This document shows positions 1 to 8,222 of a DNA stretch of 64,000 nucleotides, piece after piece. The position numbers and the translations under genes were made by a program. How positions within the stretch are numbered: the first letter of the stretch is position 1; every line of letters starts with the position of its first letter. Source of the DNA: Solirubrobacterales bacterium (GTDB lineage Bacteria > Actinomycetota > Thermoleophilia > Solirubrobacterales > 70-9); contig DASTYZ010000037.1 in the NCBI GenBank assembly GCA_035764545.1, forward strand, positions 119 to 64,118, written 5' to 3'. Under the pieces are notes generated by a model. The model was not told the origin of the DNA, did no database searches, and was given only the letters and a program-made list of their open reading frames with translations.

Positions 1-237
1 CCCGACGCGCTTGATGTTCTCGCGCTCTTCCAGCACCGGCACCCGCGGGATGCCACCCGCCTGGGCGGCGGCGCGGCGGGTCAGCTTGCGCATCCCCTCG
101 GCGTAGGGCCGCATGTCGGAGATCCGCTGTTCGGCCCGGCGCAGGCGCGCCGCCGCAACCATCTCCATCGCTCGCGTGATCTTGTTGATGTTCTTGACCG
201 ACGCGATGCGGTTCTTGACTTCCTTCTGCGTTGCCAT
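1..237 (-). CDS. atpG: F1Fo ATP synthase gamma subunit, N-terminal part (gene runs off the left edge)
   Basis: Not in the ORF track. The reverse complement of 1..237 reads MATQKEVKNRIASVKNINKITRAMEMVAAARLRRAEQRISDMRPYAEGM..., the canonical gamma N-terminus. It starts 18 nt after the atpA stop on the same strand. Confidence 0.85.
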   Translation of the reverse strand, partial: MATQKEVKNRIASVKNINKITRAMEMVAAARLRRAEQRISDMRPYAEGMRKLTRRAAAQAGGIPRVPVLEERENIKRVG

Positions 238-255
238 AGCGGAGCTCCGGACGAA

Positions 256-1932
256 CTAGGCCGGGGTCGCCTCCTGGCTGCTGTCGGACTGCTCGGTCTC
301 GTCCGAGTCCTCGGAGTCACCCTCATCCCCGGAGGAGGTGCGGCCGGGGGCCTCGCGCTCCTCTTTGGAGTGGACGCGGTCGGACTCGCCCTCCTCGAGC
401 GCGTCGCCATGCTCGTCGAAGTCGGGGCCGAAATCGTCGACGAAGTCGGCGATCGCCTCGCCGAGCTCCTTCTCGTCGTCCTCCTCGAGCTTGCCGGTCT
501 CTTCGATCCGGCTCAGCAGCTCGGACTTCTCCGAGTGCAGGCGGGTCCGCAGGTCGGCGAGGAACTCGCCGACGCGCTCGACTTTGATCCGGTCGAGGTA
601 GCCGCCGGTGCCCGAGTAGATCGAGGCGACCTGGTCGCCGACCGAAAGCGGTTCGCGCTCTTTCTGTTTCAGCAGCTCGACCAGCCGTTCGCCGCGGGTC
701 AGCGCTTTCTGGGTCTCGGCGTCGAGCTCGGAGCCGAACTGGGCGAAGGCCTCGAGGTCGCGGTACTGGGAGAGGTCGAGGCGCAGTTTTCCGGCGACCT
801 TCTTCATCGCCTTCGTCTGCGCGTTACCGCCGACGCGGGAGACCGAGATGCCGACGTTGATCGCCGGCCGGACGCCGGAGAAGAAGAGGTCGGACTCGAG
901 GAAGATCTGACCGTCGGTGATCGAGATCACGTTGGTCGGGATGTAGGCGGAGACGTCGGAGGCCTGGGTCTCGATGATCGGCAGCGCCGTCAGCGAGCCG
1001 CCGCCGAGCTCGTCGTTCAGTTTCACCGCCCGCTCCAGCAGGCGCGAGTGCAGGTAGAAGACGTCTCCCGGGTAGGCCTCGCGACCGGGCGGGCGCCGCA
1101 GCAGCAGCGACATCTGCCGGTAGGCGGAAGCGTGTTTGGTGAGGTCGTCGTAGACGCAGAGCGCGGCTTTGCCGTTGTAGAGGAAGTACTCGCCCATCGC
1201 GCAGCCGGCGTAGGGGGCGATGTACTTGATCGGGGCCGCCTCGTCGGCGGGGGCGGCGACGATGATGGTGTTCTCCATCGCGCCGTTTTCCTCGAGCGTC
1301 TCTTTCAGCTGCACGACCGTCGACATCCGCTGCCCGATCGCGACGTAGATGCAGATCAGGTCCTTGTCCTTGTTGTTGATGATCGTGTCGATCGCGATCG
1401 CGGTCTTGCCGGTCTGGCGGTCGCCGATGATCAGCTCTCGCTGGCCGCGGCCGATCGGGATCATTCCGTCGATCGACATCAGCCCGGTCTGGACGGGTTC
1501 CTCGACCGGCTGGCGCTGGACGACGCCGGGGGCTTTGAACTCGGCCGGGCGGGTCTCGGTCGTGGCGATCTCACCGCGGTCGTCGAGCGGGCGGCCGAGC
1601 GGGTCGACCATGCGGCCGAGCAGCTCCTCGCCGACAGGGATCTCGAGCAGTTTGCCGGTCCGTTTGACGGTGTCGCCCTCGACGATCTTGTCCCAGTCGC
1701 CGAACAGCACGGCGCCGACGTTGTCGGACTCGAGGTTCAGCGCCAGGCCGGTGACCCCGTGCGGCAGCTCGAGCATCTCCAGCGCCATGCAGTTGTCGAG
1801 CCCGTGGATGCGGGCGATTCCGTCGGCGACGGACAGGACCGTGCCGACCTCGGTGAGGTCTGCGGAACCGGTCTCCAGTCCCTCGATCCGCTCTCGCAGG
1901 ATGCTTGCGATCTCGTCGGGCTTGATCTCCAT
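256..1932 (-). CDS. atpA: F1Fo ATP synthase alpha subunit with about 57-aa acidic/Ser-rich C-terminal extension
   Basis: 558 aa with Walker A GDRQTGKT and the alpha-type core ([27 protein letters not shown]). Lies between the delta and gamma genes. Confidence 0.97.
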   Translation of the reverse strand: MEIKPDEIASILRERIEGLETGSADLTEVGTVLSVADGIARIHGLDNCMALEMLELPHGVTGLALNLESDNVGAVLFGDWDKIVEGDTVKRTGKLLEIPVGEELLGRMVDPLGRPLDDRGEIATTETRPAEFKAPGVVQRQPVEEPVQTGLMSIDGMIPIGRGQRELIIGDRQTGKTAIAIDTIINNKDKDLICIYVAIGQRMSTVVQLKETLEENGAMENTIIVAAPADEAAPIKYIAPYAGCAMGEYFLYNGKAALCVYDDLTKHASAYRQMSLLLRRPPGREAYPGDVFYLHSRLLERAVKLNDELGGGSLTALPIIETQASDVSAYIPTNVISITDGQIFLESDLFFSGVRPAINVGISVSRVGGNAQTKAMKKVAGKLRLDLSQYRDLEAFAQFGSELDAETQKALTRGERLVELLKQKEREPLSVGDQVASIYSGTGGYLDRIKVERVGEFLADLRTRLHSEKSELLSRIEETGKLEEDDEKELGEAIADFVDDFGPDFDEHGDALEEGESDRVHSKEEREAPGRTSSGDEGDSEDSDETEQSDSSQEATPA

Positions 1933-1950
1933 CGGGTGCTCTCTGCCTCC

Positions 1951-2484
1951 TTACGCCGCGGTGGCGACGCTCTTTCGAAGTTTCTCCAGGCGACTGCGGA
2001 TGCTCGCGTCCAGGACCATGTTGCCGACCTGGAGGACGATGCCGCCGAGGATCCGGTCGTCGACCGCGCTCGAGAGGTCGACCTCCTCCCCGGTCTGACG
2101 TTCGACCTCCTGGCCGATTTTGGCGACGACCTCCGGGTCCAGCTCGACGGCACTGGTGACGGTGACGTCGATACGACGGTTCTCTTGTTTCCAGAGCTCC
2201 TCGAACTCGCGGCGGATGCGGAAGATCTCCGGCATCCGCTGCTTGTCGACGAGCAGCTCGAGGAAGTTGATCAGCTCGGGCTCGGCGCCCGAGATCGCGC
2301 GCTTCAGCCCCTGCACCTTCTCCTCTGAGGAGAGGTAGGGACTGAAGAAGAAGACCTGCAGCTCGTGGTTGCGGTCGATGGCGTCGGTGAACTCGCTGAG
2401 CTGCTGCTGCAGCGTGTCCAGCTTGCCTTTCTCGCGGCCCACTTCGAAGAGTGCGCCGGCGTATACATGAGCTGCGTCGGCCAT
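1951..2484 (-). CDS. atpH: F1Fo ATP synthase delta (OSCP) subunit
   Basis: 177 aa. Size and position between the b and alpha genes fit, and the sequence pattern is OSCP-like (YAGALFEV..., C-terminal ...GGIVLQVGNMVLDASIRSRLEKL). Confidence 0.85.
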   Translation of the reverse strand: MADAAHVYAGALFEVGREKGKLDTLQQQLSEFTDAIDRNHELQVFFFSPYLSSEEKVQGLKRAISGAEPELINFLELLVDKQRMPEIFRIRREFEELWKQENRRIDVTVTSAVELDPEVVAKIGQEVERQTGEEVDLSSAVDDRILGGIVLQVGNMVLDASIRSRLEKLRKSVATAA

Positions 2485-2487
2485 GGC

Positions 2488-3072
2488 CTAGTTCTTCTCC
2501 GACCCCGACAGCGTCGAGAAGTCGACCTCGCTGAGCGCCTCCTCGACGAGGCGTTTCTGGTCCTCGCCGGTGAGCGATTTGCGGGTCACCCGCTCGGTGG
2601 CGAGCACGGTCAGGTCGGCGACCTCCTGGCGGATCTGGTCGAGCGAGCGACGCGTCTCCGCTTCGATGTCCCGTTTCGCGGCGGCGACCAGCTCCTCGCG
2701 TTTCTCTTTACCGGCAGCGGCGGCCTCAGCTTCGGCGGTCTCGGCCGATTTACGGGCGCGGACCATGATGTCGTCGGCCTGCTCCCGAGCCTCGGCGAGG
2801 CGGGCGCGGTACTCGGCCAGCAGCTCATCCGATTCTTTGCGCTGCCTTTCGGCGGCGTCGATCGACTCGCTGATCGCGCTTGCGCGTTTGTCGAGCGCTT
2901 CCTGGATTTTCGGGAAGGCGACCTTGCTCAACACCCACATCGTGATCAGGAAGAGGACGAGCGTCCAGATCATCAGGCCCAGGCCCGGGCTGACCAGGAA
3001 GCTGCCGCCGCTTTCCTCGCCGTGCTCCGCCGCCTCTGCGGCGAGCGGGACTATGTAACCGAGCAGCTCCAT
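2488..3072 (-). CDS. atpF: F1Fo ATP synthase b subunit
   Basis: 194 aa with a single N-terminal TM segment (LMIWTLVLFLITMWVL) followed by a long charged Ala/Glu/Arg-rich helix. Located between the c and delta genes. Confidence 0.85.
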   Translation of the reverse strand: MELLGYIVPLAAEAAEHGEESGGSFLVSPGLGLMIWTLVLFLITMWVLSKVAFPKIQEALDKRASAISESIDAAERQRKESDELLAEYRARLAEAREQADDIMVRARKSAETAEAEAAAAGKEKREELVAAAKRDIEAETRRSLDQIRQEVADLTVLATERVTRKSLTGEDQKRLVEEALSEVDFSTLSGSEKN

Positions 3073-3078
3073 ACCGGC

Positions 3079-3351
3079 CTAGGCGAGGAAGAAGGCGATC
3101 AGACCGAAGATGAAGGTGTAGAAGGCGACCGCCTCGGTCAGCGCGAAGCCGAGCCAGCGGATGCTTTCCAGGTCGCTTTTCATCTCCGGCTGGCGGGCGA
3201 CCGACTCGATCTCCTTACCGAAGATGAAGCCCACGCCGATACCGGCGCCGATCGAACCGAGCCCGGCACCGACGCCGAGGGCGATCGCTTTGCCGGCGCT
3301 TTCCACAGCTTCGCTGCTTACCTCAGCGACGGGCAACAAGGTGGGATCCAT
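3079..3351 (-). CDS. atpE: F1Fo ATP synthase c subunit (proteolipid)
   Basis: Start trimmed to the internal ATG (MDPTLLPV...). Two-TM hairpin with Gly motif GVGAGLGSIGAGIGVG and a helix-2 carboxylate (LTEAVAF). The upstream part of the 122-aa track ORF is Arg/Ser-rich noise. Confidence 0.9.
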   Translation of the reverse strand: MDPTLLPVAEVSSEAVESAGKAIALGVGAGLGSIGAGIGVGFIFGKEIESVARQPEMKSDLESIRWLGFALTEAVAFYTFIFGLIAFFLA

Positions 3352-3370
3352 TTGAGAGTTGACTCCTTTT

Positions 3371-4348
3371 CTAGTGAGAGGCGGAGGTCGCTCCGCCGAT
3401 GTAGATAGCGCTAAGCGTCGAGAAGATGAATGCCTGCAGGGTCGCAACCAGCCCGACCTCGAAGATGAAGAAGGCGAAGGCGAGCGGGAACGTCAATGCC
3501 CCGAGGGCGGCGATCCCCAGCAGCACCGCCAACCCGCCGCCCATGAAGAGCAGCAGCAGATGGCCGGCGAGGATGTTGGCGAAAAGACGAACGGAGAGGC
3601 TGATCAGCCGCACGAAGTGGGAGATCACCTCAATGATGAAGATCGCGGCCTTGCCGACCGGGTGCATGTCCTCGAGGCCCGGGGGCAGCCAGCTCTTGAA
3701 GTAGGGCAGCGCCCCCTTGGCCCGGATGCCCTCGACGTGGTAGCTGAGCCAGACGACGAGGGTGAGGACGAGCGGGATCGCGATGTTGGCGGTGGCGGCG
3801 TAGATCGCGAAGGAGGGGATCTCGAGGCCGCCGATCGAGAAGGTGTGCTCGGTGTTGGTCGGCAGCGGCAGGAAGCCGAGCATGTTCGAGAACCAGATCC
3901 AGAAGAAGAGGGCGCCGATGAAGGGGAACCACTTGCGGGCCAGCTCGCCATGGAGGCTGCCGCCGGTGATCGTGTTCTTGGTCAGGTCGTAGGCGACCTC
4001 GACGGCGGTCTGGACCCGGTTGGGCTTTTCGACCATCCGCTTGGCGATCCAGGTCATCACCGCGATCGTCAGGGCGCTGGCGAGGAAGAGGTAGAGGACA
4101 GCCTTGTTGATGCTGAAGTCGATGCCGGCGAGTTCGATCGTCACCCACGGTTCGAGTTTGAACTCGTTCTGGGGCTTGAAGGCTTCGTTCTTGCCGTCGT
4201 TGCCGAAGATCAGGATCAGCAGGATCGCGACGGCGACGTAGACGCCAAAGCCGATCAGAACCTTGAGCTTGGTGCTCATCCCCTTCTTCTCGGGGTCGCT
4301 GTTCCCGGTGACGCCGCCCGGCGCCCCCTGCACGGTTGCCGACTCCAT
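3371..4348 (-). CDS. atpB: F1Fo ATP synthase a subunit
   Basis: 325 aa polytopic membrane protein with the conserved stator arginine context LSVRLFANILAGH. The start could instead be the internal MSTKLKV. Confidence 0.9.
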   Translation of the reverse strand: MESATVQGAPGGVTGNSDPEKKGMSTKLKVLIGFGVYVAVAILLILIFGNDGKNEAFKPQNEFKLEPWVTIELAGIDFSINKAVLYLFLASALTIAVMTWIAKRMVEKPNRVQTAVEVAYDLTKNTITGGSLHGELARKWFPFIGALFFWIWFSNMLGFLPLPTNTEHTFSIGGLEIPSFAIYAATANIAIPLVLTLVVWLSYHVEGIRAKGALPYFKSWLPPGLEDMHPVGKAAIFIIEVISHFVRLISLSVRLFANILAGHLLLLFMGGGLAVLLGIAALGALTFPLAFAFFIFEVGLVATLQAFIFSTLSAIYIGGATSASH

Positions 4349-4728
4349 CAGACGACCCCTTGTCCTTCGGGCTGGTCGTCGAGGAGGTGGGTCAGCCCCT
4401 GGGCGGCGAAGGAGAGCGTGAAGAGGGCGAGGAGGAGGATCGCGGCGGCGAGGCCGGCCTCCCGTTCGGCGATGCCGACGAGGAGGACGGAGGTGGCCAT
4501 CAGCCAGACGCGGCCGAGGCCGGTGGCGGCGACGATGCCCATCGCCTTCTGCCGGTTGCCGGCCGCCAGCTCCTGCTTCATCCGGCGCTGGGCGAGCATG
4601 TGGATGCCGCGCTGGGCGAGCCAGGCCGCGGCGGCCACCGCGTAGCCGAGCAGGGGCAGATCGCCGATCACGAAAACGGCGAGAGCAATGAGCAGCGCGA
4701 GTAGATCGACGTACTTGGGAGGAGACAT
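4348..4728 (-). CDS. small 4-TM membrane protein, AtpI-like position at the head of the atp operon
   Basis: 126 aa and hydrophobic. Its stop overlaps the atpB start. Assigned only from position and topology. Confidence 0.45.
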   Translation of the reverse strand: MSPPKYVDLLALLIALAVFVIGDLPLLGYAVAAAAWLAQRGIHMLAQRRMKQELAAGNRQKAMGIVAATGLGRVWLMATSVLLVGIAEREAGLAAAILLLALFTLSFAAQGLTHLLDDQPEGQGVV

Positions 4729-4852
4729 TAATCAGGAACAGCAGGCCGCGTAAGACAGAAATACGCCCAGCTCGGGGCAGAGCGGACGCATGCCGACTAT
4801 ATAGAAGTGGCCCCGGGAATGGCTCTGTGAAGCCACTTCGTGAGGGTTGCCA

Positions 4853-6100
4853 CTACTTGATCGCCTCGAACTCCCCCGTTTCCGGGTCGACCGCGGGGAA
4901 GGAGCCGGTCTCCAACTCCTGCTCGACCGCGGCATTGACCTCGCCCAGCTCGGGCTCGGGCGCCCCGGTGGTGCGGCGCAGGGTGACCAGTTGGCGGAGG
5001 CGGGTCTGGCGCAGCTTCAGGATCTCAAGCACCTCGACCAGGTAGACGCTGGCGGCGAGGGCGAGGACGCCGAAGAAGGCGATTACCGCGGTCCAGAGCG
5101 GGTCGAAGTTGCCGTGGTCGTCGCTGTAGGGGACGAAGCGCAGAGCCAGCGCCAGCAGCGCCATCACCGCGGTCCAGCCGTAGAGGTAGAGCAGCGTGCG
5201 GCGCTGGGAGAAGCCGATGTCGGCCATCCGGTGGTGGAAGTGCCAGCGGTCGGCTTTGTAGATCGGTTTCCCGTATTTGAGCCGCTTGGCGACGACGAAG
5301 CCGGTATCGAGGATCGGCACCGCGAGGATGATCAGCGGCAGAAAGAGGGCGATAACCGCGTTCGTCTTCAGCGCCCCCTGCACCGCCACCGCCCCGAGCA
5401 AGTAGCCGAGCAGGTTCGAGCCGGTGTCCCCCATGAAGGTGCTGGCGGGCGGGAAGCCCCAGCGCAGGTAGCCGAGCGCGGCGCCGGCGGTCAGCGCGGC
5501 GAGGACGCCGGCGGCGGTGCGGTCGAGCGAGAGCGCGATCGTCGCCAGGGTGATGCCGGAGATGACGGCGACGCCGGCGGCGAGGCCGTCGACGCCGTCG
5601 ATCAGGTTGATGACGTTGATCACGGCGACGAAGGCGAGCACGGTGGCGACGTCACCGAGGTGGACGACGCCGCCGCCCGGCAGGGTGAGGAGGTCAACCG
5701 TCCCCGGCGTGAGGCGGCCGAAGAAGGGAAAGGTGAAGTTGTCGACGGTGACGCCGACGGAGACCGGGATGACGACGGCAACGACCTGGCCGAGCAGCTT
5801 TGGGGCCGCTGGGAGGTCGAAGATGTCGTCGAGGACGCCGATCCAGGCGATCGCCACGGCGCCGATCAGGATTGCGTGGCTTTCGGTGTCGTTCGGCAGG
5901 AAGAGCAGCCCGGCGACGGCGACGCCGCCGAGGATGCCGAGACCGCCGAGCTTCGGCGTCGGGGCGAGGTGGAGCTTGCGCTCGCTCGGGTAGTCGATCG
6001 CCCCCACCCGTAGCGCCAGCCACTTCGTCAGCGGCACCAGCAGCAGGGCGAGGACGCCGGCGACCAGGAAGGCGAGGAGGGCGTCGGTGTCAGTGGGCAT
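4853..6100 (-). CDS. polyprenyl-phosphate N-acetylhexosamine-1-phosphate transferase (MraY/WecA family, GT4)
   Basis: 415 aa polytopic protein with motifs NLIDGVDGLA and FMGDTGSN. It sits directly upstream of the atp operon, as rfe/wecA does in mycobacteria. Confidence 0.85.
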   Translation of the reverse strand: MPTDTDALLAFLVAGVLALLLVPLTKWLALRVGAIDYPSERKLHLAPTPKLGGLGILGGVAVAGLLFLPNDTESHAILIGAVAIAWIGVLDDIFDLPAAPKLLGQVVAVVIPVSVGVTVDNFTFPFFGRLTPGTVDLLTLPGGGVVHLGDVATVLAFVAVINVINLIDGVDGLAAGVAVISGITLATIALSLDRTAAGVLAALTAGAALGYLRWGFPPASTFMGDTGSNLLGYLLGAVAVQGALKTNAVIALFLPLIILAVPILDTGFVVAKRLKYGKPIYKADRWHFHHRMADIGFSQRRTLLYLYGWTAVMALLALALRFVPYSDDHGNFDPLWTAVIAFFGVLALAASVYLVEVLEILKLRQTRLRQLVTLRRTTGAPEPELGEVNAAVEQELETGSFPAVDPETGEFEAIK

Positions 6101-7946
6101 AGCGGTCGAACCAGAGGGTAAGCGCCATCAGGCCCCAGATCTGGCGGCTGAGGTCCTCCTGCCCGGAGCAGTGGCGGTCGAGGATCGGGGTGACGGCAGT
6201 GGGATCGAGCAGACCCTGCCGCTCGACCGCCCCCGCTGAGAGCACCTCGCGGGCGAACGGCTCCAGCGGCCCCCGCAGCCAGGCGGCGATCGGGATCGAG
6301 AAGCCCTGCTTGCGGCCATGGGTGATCTCCCGCGGCAGCAGCGGGTCCAAGGCCTTGCGCAGCAGCCGCTTCTTGGCGAAGCCCCGCACTTTCATCCGCC
6401 GCGGCAGCGAGAAGGCGAACTCGGCGACCTTGGGGTCGAGGAAGGGAACGCGCGTCTCCAGCGAGTGGGCCATGCTCGCCCGGTCGGTCTTGACCAGGAG
6501 GTCGTCGACGAGGTAGATGCCGAGGTCGACGTCCTGCATCCGCGCCAGCGGGTCGGCGCCCGCGGTCTCGGCGTAGCGCTCGCGGTAGACGTCAACGGGG
6601 TCCCAACCGGAGGCGCCGGCCAGCTCTGCCCGCTGCCCGGCGGAGAAGATCTCCTTCCAGGCGTGGTGGCGCTCCAGCGGAGGCAGGGCCGCGGCGCGGG
6701 CGAAGCGCTTGGCTTTGTAGTCGAAGCCGACGCGGTCGGTGCGGCTCGGCAGCGCCTCGGCGAGCGGCCGGGCAAGCGGGGCGAGGCGACCGACGCGGCG
6801 GGCGAGGAGGTCGGCGACGTAGGTGTAGTAGCCGCCGAAGAGCTCGTCGCCGCCCTCGCCGGAGAGGGCGACCTTGACGTGGCCGGCGGCGAGCTCGGAG
6901 ACGAGGTGGGTCGGCAGCGCCGAGGAGTCGCCGAAGGGCTCGTCGAAGGCCTCGACCAGCTTCGGCAGCAGCTCGACGGCGTCGGGGCGGACGATCAGCT
7001 CGTGGTGGTCGGTGCCGTAGCGCTCGGCGACGAGGCGGGCGCGGGAGAGCTCGTTGAAGCCGGCCTCCTCGAAGCCGATCGAGAAGGTGCGTACGGGCTC
7101 ACCAGCATGCTCGCTGGCGAGGGCGGCGAGGCCGCCGGAGTCGACGCCGCCGGAGAGGAGGACGCCGACCGGGACGTCGGCGACGAGGTGGGCGCGGACG
7201 CTGTCGTCGAGGACTTCGCGCAGCTCCGCCGCAAGCTCCTCTTCGGACCCTCCGCGCTCTCCGTCGGAGACGGCCCCGGGGCGCGCGTACTGCCGCAGCT
7301 CCACCTCTCCCCCCTCCCAGACGAGCAGGTGCCCCGGGGGCAGCTTGCGAGCCTCGGCGAAGATCGTCAGCGGCGCCGGGATCGAGTTGAAGGCGAGGTA
7401 GGCGGAGAGGGCGCGGGGGTCGATCTCCCGTGAGAAGCCGGGCTGCTCGAGCATCGCCTTCAGCTCCGAGGCGAAGGAGAGGCCGCCGTCCTTGACCCGG
7501 TAGTACAGGGGCTTGATCCCGAAGCGGTCGCGCGCCAGCAGCAGCCGCTGCCGCCGCTTGTCCCAGAGGGCGATCGCGAACATCCCCCGCAGCCGCTCGA
7601 CGAAGCGCTCGCCCTCCTCCTCCCAGAGGTGGACGAGGACCTCGGTGTCGCAGTCGGTGGCAAAGCGGTGGCCCTTGCCCTCGAGCTCGCGCTTGAGCTC
7701 GCGGTAGTTGTAGATCTCACCGTTCTGGACGACGACCGCGCTGCCGTCCTCGTTTTCGATTGGCTGATGGCCGTGGGCGAGGTCGATGATCGAGAGTCGC
7801 CGTGCCGCCAGCGCCGCCGGCCCCTCGCAGAACATTCCCTCGTCGTCGGGGCCGCGGTGAACGAGCCGCCCGCTCATCCGCGCCACTGCCTCGCGGTCGG
7901 GCCCGCGCTCTCGCTCAGCGGCGACGACGCCGCAGATACCGCACAT
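6090..7946 (-). CDS. asnB: asparagine synthetase (glutamine-hydrolysing) family amidotransferase
   Basis: 618 aa with N-terminal MCGI (Cys2 Ntn nucleophile) and PP-loop SGGVDS. Confidence 0.9.
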   Translation of the reverse strand: MCGICGVVAAERERGPDREAVARMSGRLVHRGPDDEGMFCEGPAALAARRLSIIDLAHGHQPIENEDGSAVVVQNGEIYNYRELKRELEGKGHRFATDCDTEVLVHLWEEEGERFVERLRGMFAIALWDKRRQRLLLARDRFGIKPLYYRVKDGGLSFASELKAMLEQPGFSREIDPRALSAYLAFNSIPAPLTIFAEARKLPPGHLLVWEGGEVELRQYARPGAVSDGERGGSEEELAAELREVLDDSVRAHLVADVPVGVLLSGGVDSGGLAALASEHAGEPVRTFSIGFEEAGFNELSRARLVAERYGTDHHELIVRPDAVELLPKLVEAFDEPFGDSSALPTHLVSELAAGHVKVALSGEGGDELFGGYYTYVADLLARRVGRLAPLARPLAEALPSRTDRVGFDYKAKRFARAAALPPLERHHAWKEIFSAGQRAELAGASGWDPVDVYRERYAETAGADPLARMQDVDLGIYLVDDLLVKTDRASMAHSLETRVPFLDPKVAEFAFSLPRRMKVRGFAKKRLLRKALDPLLPREITHGRKQGFSIPIAAWLRGPLEPFAREVLSAGAVERQGLLDPTAVTPILDRHCSGQEDLSRQIWGLMALTLWFDRYAH

Positions 7947-8017
7947 GGGCGGCAGTCTCGCAGCAGTCCCGGGCGTGGCGCTTTTGTTGCCTATAGGACC
8001 ACAAAGGCGACAACCGA

Positions 8018-8148
8018 GGCGCTGGGAGGGTCGAGGTACCCGTCTACCTTCGCTGGGTTATTCGCCAGAAGCGGCCGGCGCCGTCCGAGTTTAGCGGTGG
8101 TGCGAATAGCTAACGCCGCTCGTACGACGGGTACCTCGACCCTCACCC
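8018..8148. repeat. structured hairpin repeat, copy 1 (left inverted repeat of the cassette)
   Basis: Outer stem GGGAGGGTCGAGGTACCCGTC (8024-8044) pairs with GACGGGTACCTCGACCCTC (8126-8144). Inner stem is TATTCGC/GCGAATA. Conserved blocks CTACCTTCGCTGGG and GCTAACGCCGCTCGTACG are shared with copy 2 in inverted orientation. Confidence 0.75.
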
Positions 8149-8222
8149 GATGCAAAATTGCTTACGTCCCATCAGCGTAGGACTCGCTGGGCCCACTCGA
8201 TCCTTGACAAAAAGAGAAGCGG

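Noticed and set aside
370-2328. 652-aa plus-strand ORF covering atpA and atpH
   Set aside because: It is antisense to two unmistakable ATP synthase genes. The translation is low-complexity and rich in Leu, Asp, Gly, Arg, Ala and Val with no motifs. This is a typical high-GC shadow ORF.
4729-4852. Promoter upstream of the atp operon (AT-rich CTATATAG patch)
   Set aside because: A TATATA/TATAGT-like -10 is visible on the minus strand, but no -35 lies at acceptable spacing (TTCACA is 22 nt away). The evidence is too weak for a feature call.
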